A stretch of DNA of 64,000 nucleotides, taken from Elusimicrobia bacterium GWA2_56_46 (GTDB taxonomy: Bacteria > Elusimicrobiota > Elusimicrobia > Elusimicrobiales > UBA9959). The notes under the pieces were generated by a model. That model was not told the DNA's origin. It worked only from the letters and a program-made list of their open reading frames with translations, and did not search any database. The stretch is from the NCBI GenBank assembly GCA_001799575.1, contig MGTT01000027.1, forward strand, positions 11,997 to 75,996, in the 5' to 3' direction. Below, one piece after another: positions 61,491-64,000 of this stretch. Numbering within the stretch: the stretch's first letter is position 1; the number at the start of each line of letters is the position of its first letter. Position numbers and translations under genes: made by a program.

Positions 61491-63233
61491 TTATTGTTCC
61501 GTGATCGTGACCGAAAGCATCTCATCCACAGAGGTCACGCCGGCGATAACCTTGCGCCAGCCGCTGGCGCGCAGCCCCCAGGCCCCGCCTTTAGCGGCGG
61601 CCTCGCGCAGCCTGTGGATATCCGCGTCTTTAAAGATGATGCGTTTCATCTCCTCCGTGTTGAAATAGACCTCGTAGATGGCTTTCCGGCCGGCATAGCC
61701 CGTGTTCAGGCACTTGGGACAGCCTTTAGGCTTATAAAACGTCAGTTTGGCGGGATCGGGAAGAGGGCTGATCTGACACTCGGCCGTCATCTGATCTATC
61801 TCGTCCTGCGGCGGTCTGTAGGGCTGCTTGCATTCGGGGCAAAGCTGGCGTACCAGACGCTGGGCGGCCAGGCACAAGAGCGTGCCGGCCAGAAGATAAT
61901 TTTCTATCCCCATGTCTATCAGCCTGGGAATGGCCTCAAGCGCGGTATTGGTATGCAGAGTGCTGAGCACCAGGTGTCCGGTCATCGCGGCTTTAAGGCA
62001 GGCTTCGGCCGTTTCATCATCCCGCACCTCTCCCACCAGGATGACATCCGGATCCTGGCGGAGAAAAGCGCGCAGACCCGTGGCGAAAGTGAGGCCTATC
62101 TGCGGCTTGACCTCCACCTGGCTTATGCCCTCCATTTTGATCTCCACGGGATCTTCCAGCGTCATGATATTAAGTTCCGGGGACTTGATAGCGTTCAGAA
62201 CCGCGCCTAAAGTGCTGGTCTTGCCGGATCCGGTCGGCCCGGTCAGGAAAATGAGGCCGTGCGGAGCGGACGCCGCTTTCAGAAAGTCGGCGCGCTGCCT
62301 GGGCTCGAAACCCAGTTTGTCTATATTCAGTTCCACGGCTCCTTTATCCAGTAGACGCTGAACCATCTTTTCTCCGAAGACGGTGGGACAGACCGACACG
62401 CGGACTTCGATGACGCGGTTCTGGTATTTGATGGAGAAAGTCCCGTCCTGCGGCAGGCGCCGCTCGGACACATCCAATTTGGAAAGTATTTTTACGCGCG
62501 AAATAAGTGAATCCACCAGGTCGCCGGGAGGAGCGCTGCGCTCGTAGAGCACGCCGTCGATGCGGAAACGCAGGGAAACTTTTTCGTCGAATTTTTCAAG
62601 ATGGATATCGCTGCTCCGCTCGGAAATGGCCTGCTTGAGGATAGCGTTGACAAGTTTTATGGACTGGGCGCCTTTGGACTCCCCGATGATGACCTTATCC
62701 AGATCCAGCCGGCCGTCCGCGGTTATAACATCGTCCTCCGAAGTCCCGGTACTCCCTTTGCCGGCGTCCATGACCGTATCGATCAGATCCGCCGCACCCT
62801 GATAAAAAGAATCTATGACTTTAAGGATCTGCGCCTTGGTGGCGATGAACGGCTGCACTTCCATGCCGGTGACCAGTTTTATATTGTCGATCAGCAGGAT
62901 ATTGGCCGGATCCGTCATCGCGGCGGCCAGAACGTTGTTTTCCACGAAGAGGGGGATCGCTATATGCTCGCGCGCGAAGCTCTCGGGCAGGATTTTTTCC
63001 AGTTTCTGGCCTTTTTCCGGATTAAGGATCTGGTTTTCACGGGAAGCGTACGGAATGCCGAGCTGTTTGGACAGCCCCATGGCGACTTTCTCTTCGCTGG
63101 AGAAGTTTAGTTTTACGACGGCTTCGCCCAGAAGACACGGATTCTGCTGCTGGAATTTCAGGGCTTTGGCGAGCTGTTCCTCGTTTATCCAGCCCGCTTC
63201 CACCATTATTTCGCCAAGTCGTTTTCGCGCCAT
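61491..63233 (-). CDS. pilB: T4P/T2SS assembly ATPase (PilB/GspE) with MshEN-like N-terminus
   Basis: RLGEIM...G.I..EQL..AL, SDIH, RRLPQDG, GPTGSGKT, LRQDPD, TGHLVLSTLHTN, CxxC pairs. Confidence 0.94.
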   Translation of the reverse strand: MARKRLGEIMVEAGWINEEQLAKALKFQQQNPCLLGEAVVKLNFSSEEKVAMGLSKQLGIPYASRENQILNPEKGQKLEKILPESFAREHIAIPLFVENNVLAAAMTDPANILLIDNIKLVTGMEVQPFIATKAQILKVIDSFYQGAADLIDTVMDAGKGSTGTSEDDVITADGRLDLDKVIIGESKGAQSIKLVNAILKQAISERSSDIHLEKFDEKVSLRFRIDGVLYERSAPPGDLVDSLISRVKILSKLDVSERRLPQDGTFSIKYQNRVIEVRVSVCPTVFGEKMVQRLLDKGAVELNIDKLGFEPRQRADFLKAASAPHGLIFLTGPTGSGKTSTLGAVLNAIKSPELNIMTLEDPVEIKMEGISQVEVKPQIGLTFATGLRAFLRQDPDVILVGEVRDDETAEACLKAAMTGHLVLSTLHTNTALEAIPRLIDMGIENYLLAGTLLCLAAQRLVRQLCPECKQPYRPPQDEIDQMTAECQISPLPDPAKLTFYKPKGCPKCLNTGYAGRKAIYEVYFNTEEMKRIIFKDADIHRLREAAAKGGAWGLRASGWRKVIAGVTSVDEMLSVTITEQ

Positions 63234-63244
63234 AAGATAAGAGT

Positions 63245-64000
63245 TTAGTCTACCAAAATTGTGGGCGTAACGAAAATAACCAGGTCGGTGTTGGTTCGCC
63301 TGGAACTGACGCTGGTGAACAGCCAGCCGATTATCGGGATATACCCCAGCAGGGGCACTTTTTTTACGCTTTTGGTCTCTATGGAGGAAAGCATTCCGCC
63401 TATGACCACGGGCTGGCCGTTCTTCACGCGAACCATGGTGGAAACACCCCTTGAAACGGGGTCAAGAATGGTCTGCCCCTGCACCGCCACGCCGGAGGCC
63501 ACGACATCCGAATAATTGGGCTGAATGACCATAGTGATATAGCCCTCTCTGTTGACCTGGGGTGTGACTTTCAGAACCAGCCCCACCCGCCTCCGTTCCA
63601 CCGAAGTGGAGACGGAACCGGTCGCGCCGCCGGCTGAAGAGACCGAACTGCCGGTACCCACCGCCGCGTCCCTGGAGATGGAGATAAGCGACGTCATATT
63701 GTTCATGGCTACGATCTTGGGCTTGCCGAGATAATGGGCCTCTCCCCTGGAGATGAGCGCCCTGAAAATAGCCTGCAGCTGCGCCAGGCTGAAGATGCCG
63801 TAATATACGCCTTTCGCGCTCTGCTGTCCGGTGGCGAAAACGGAATCGACCCCGCCGCTGGTGCTGCCGCCGGAGGCGGAGGTGGCGGAGGTGTCGGTCG
63901 TCTTAGGGAAGAAATTCTTCCACTGGTCGCCGGAGAAAAAGCCGGGCCTGAGGCCGTAATCGGTAAGCCTGGCCGGGCCGGCAAAATAAGCCATTTCTCC
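63245..64000 (-). CDS. Secretin (PilQ/GspD), 5'-truncated by the window edge
   Basis: VGLVLKVTPQV, V.NGQ.VVIGG, KVPLLGYIPIIGWLF, LVIFVTP. Confidence 0.9.
   Translation of the reverse strand, partial: GEMAYFAGPARLTDYGLRPGFFSGDQWKNFFPKTTDTSATSASGGSTSGGVDSVFATGQQSAKGVYYGIFSLAQLQAIFRALISRGEAHYLGKPKIVAMNNMTSLISISRDAAVGTGSSVSSAGGATGSVSTSVERRRVGLVLKVTPQVNREGYITMVIQPNYSDVVASGVAVQGQTILDPVSRGVSTMVRVKNGQPVVIGGMLSSIETKSVKKVPLLGYIPIIGWLFTSVSSRRTNTDLVIFVTPTILVD

Overview
GC-rich diderm bacterial chromosome segment. The gene style suggests Elusimicrobiota (prepilin cluster, PorV/PorQ-like barrel, FlgD-Ig C-terminal domains, tail-fibre-like adhesin); this is inference only. The core content is ordinary: amrS, DAGK, tRNA-Arg(UCG), yebC-ruvCAB-spoIID-queA-tgt-yajC-secDF, a long Kdo/heptose/lipid A/Lpt cluster with pyrG, nadB, uvrA and a type IV pilus/T2SS-like operon. 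The unusual part is non-coding: a modular family of covarying GC-rich hairpin elements (73-332, 2765-3000, 4085-4326, 9652-9862, 10010-10254, 28015-28220, 49506-49698). Four of them bracket or precede AT-richer, co-oriented accessory genes (secreted ADP-ribosyltransferase, lectin-like lipoprotein, hydrolase, AAA ATPase). At 73-4478 they form a cassette-like array downstream of amrS, with a duplicated, frameshifted amrS 3' end. No integrase, transposase or reverse transcriptase is visible in the window.
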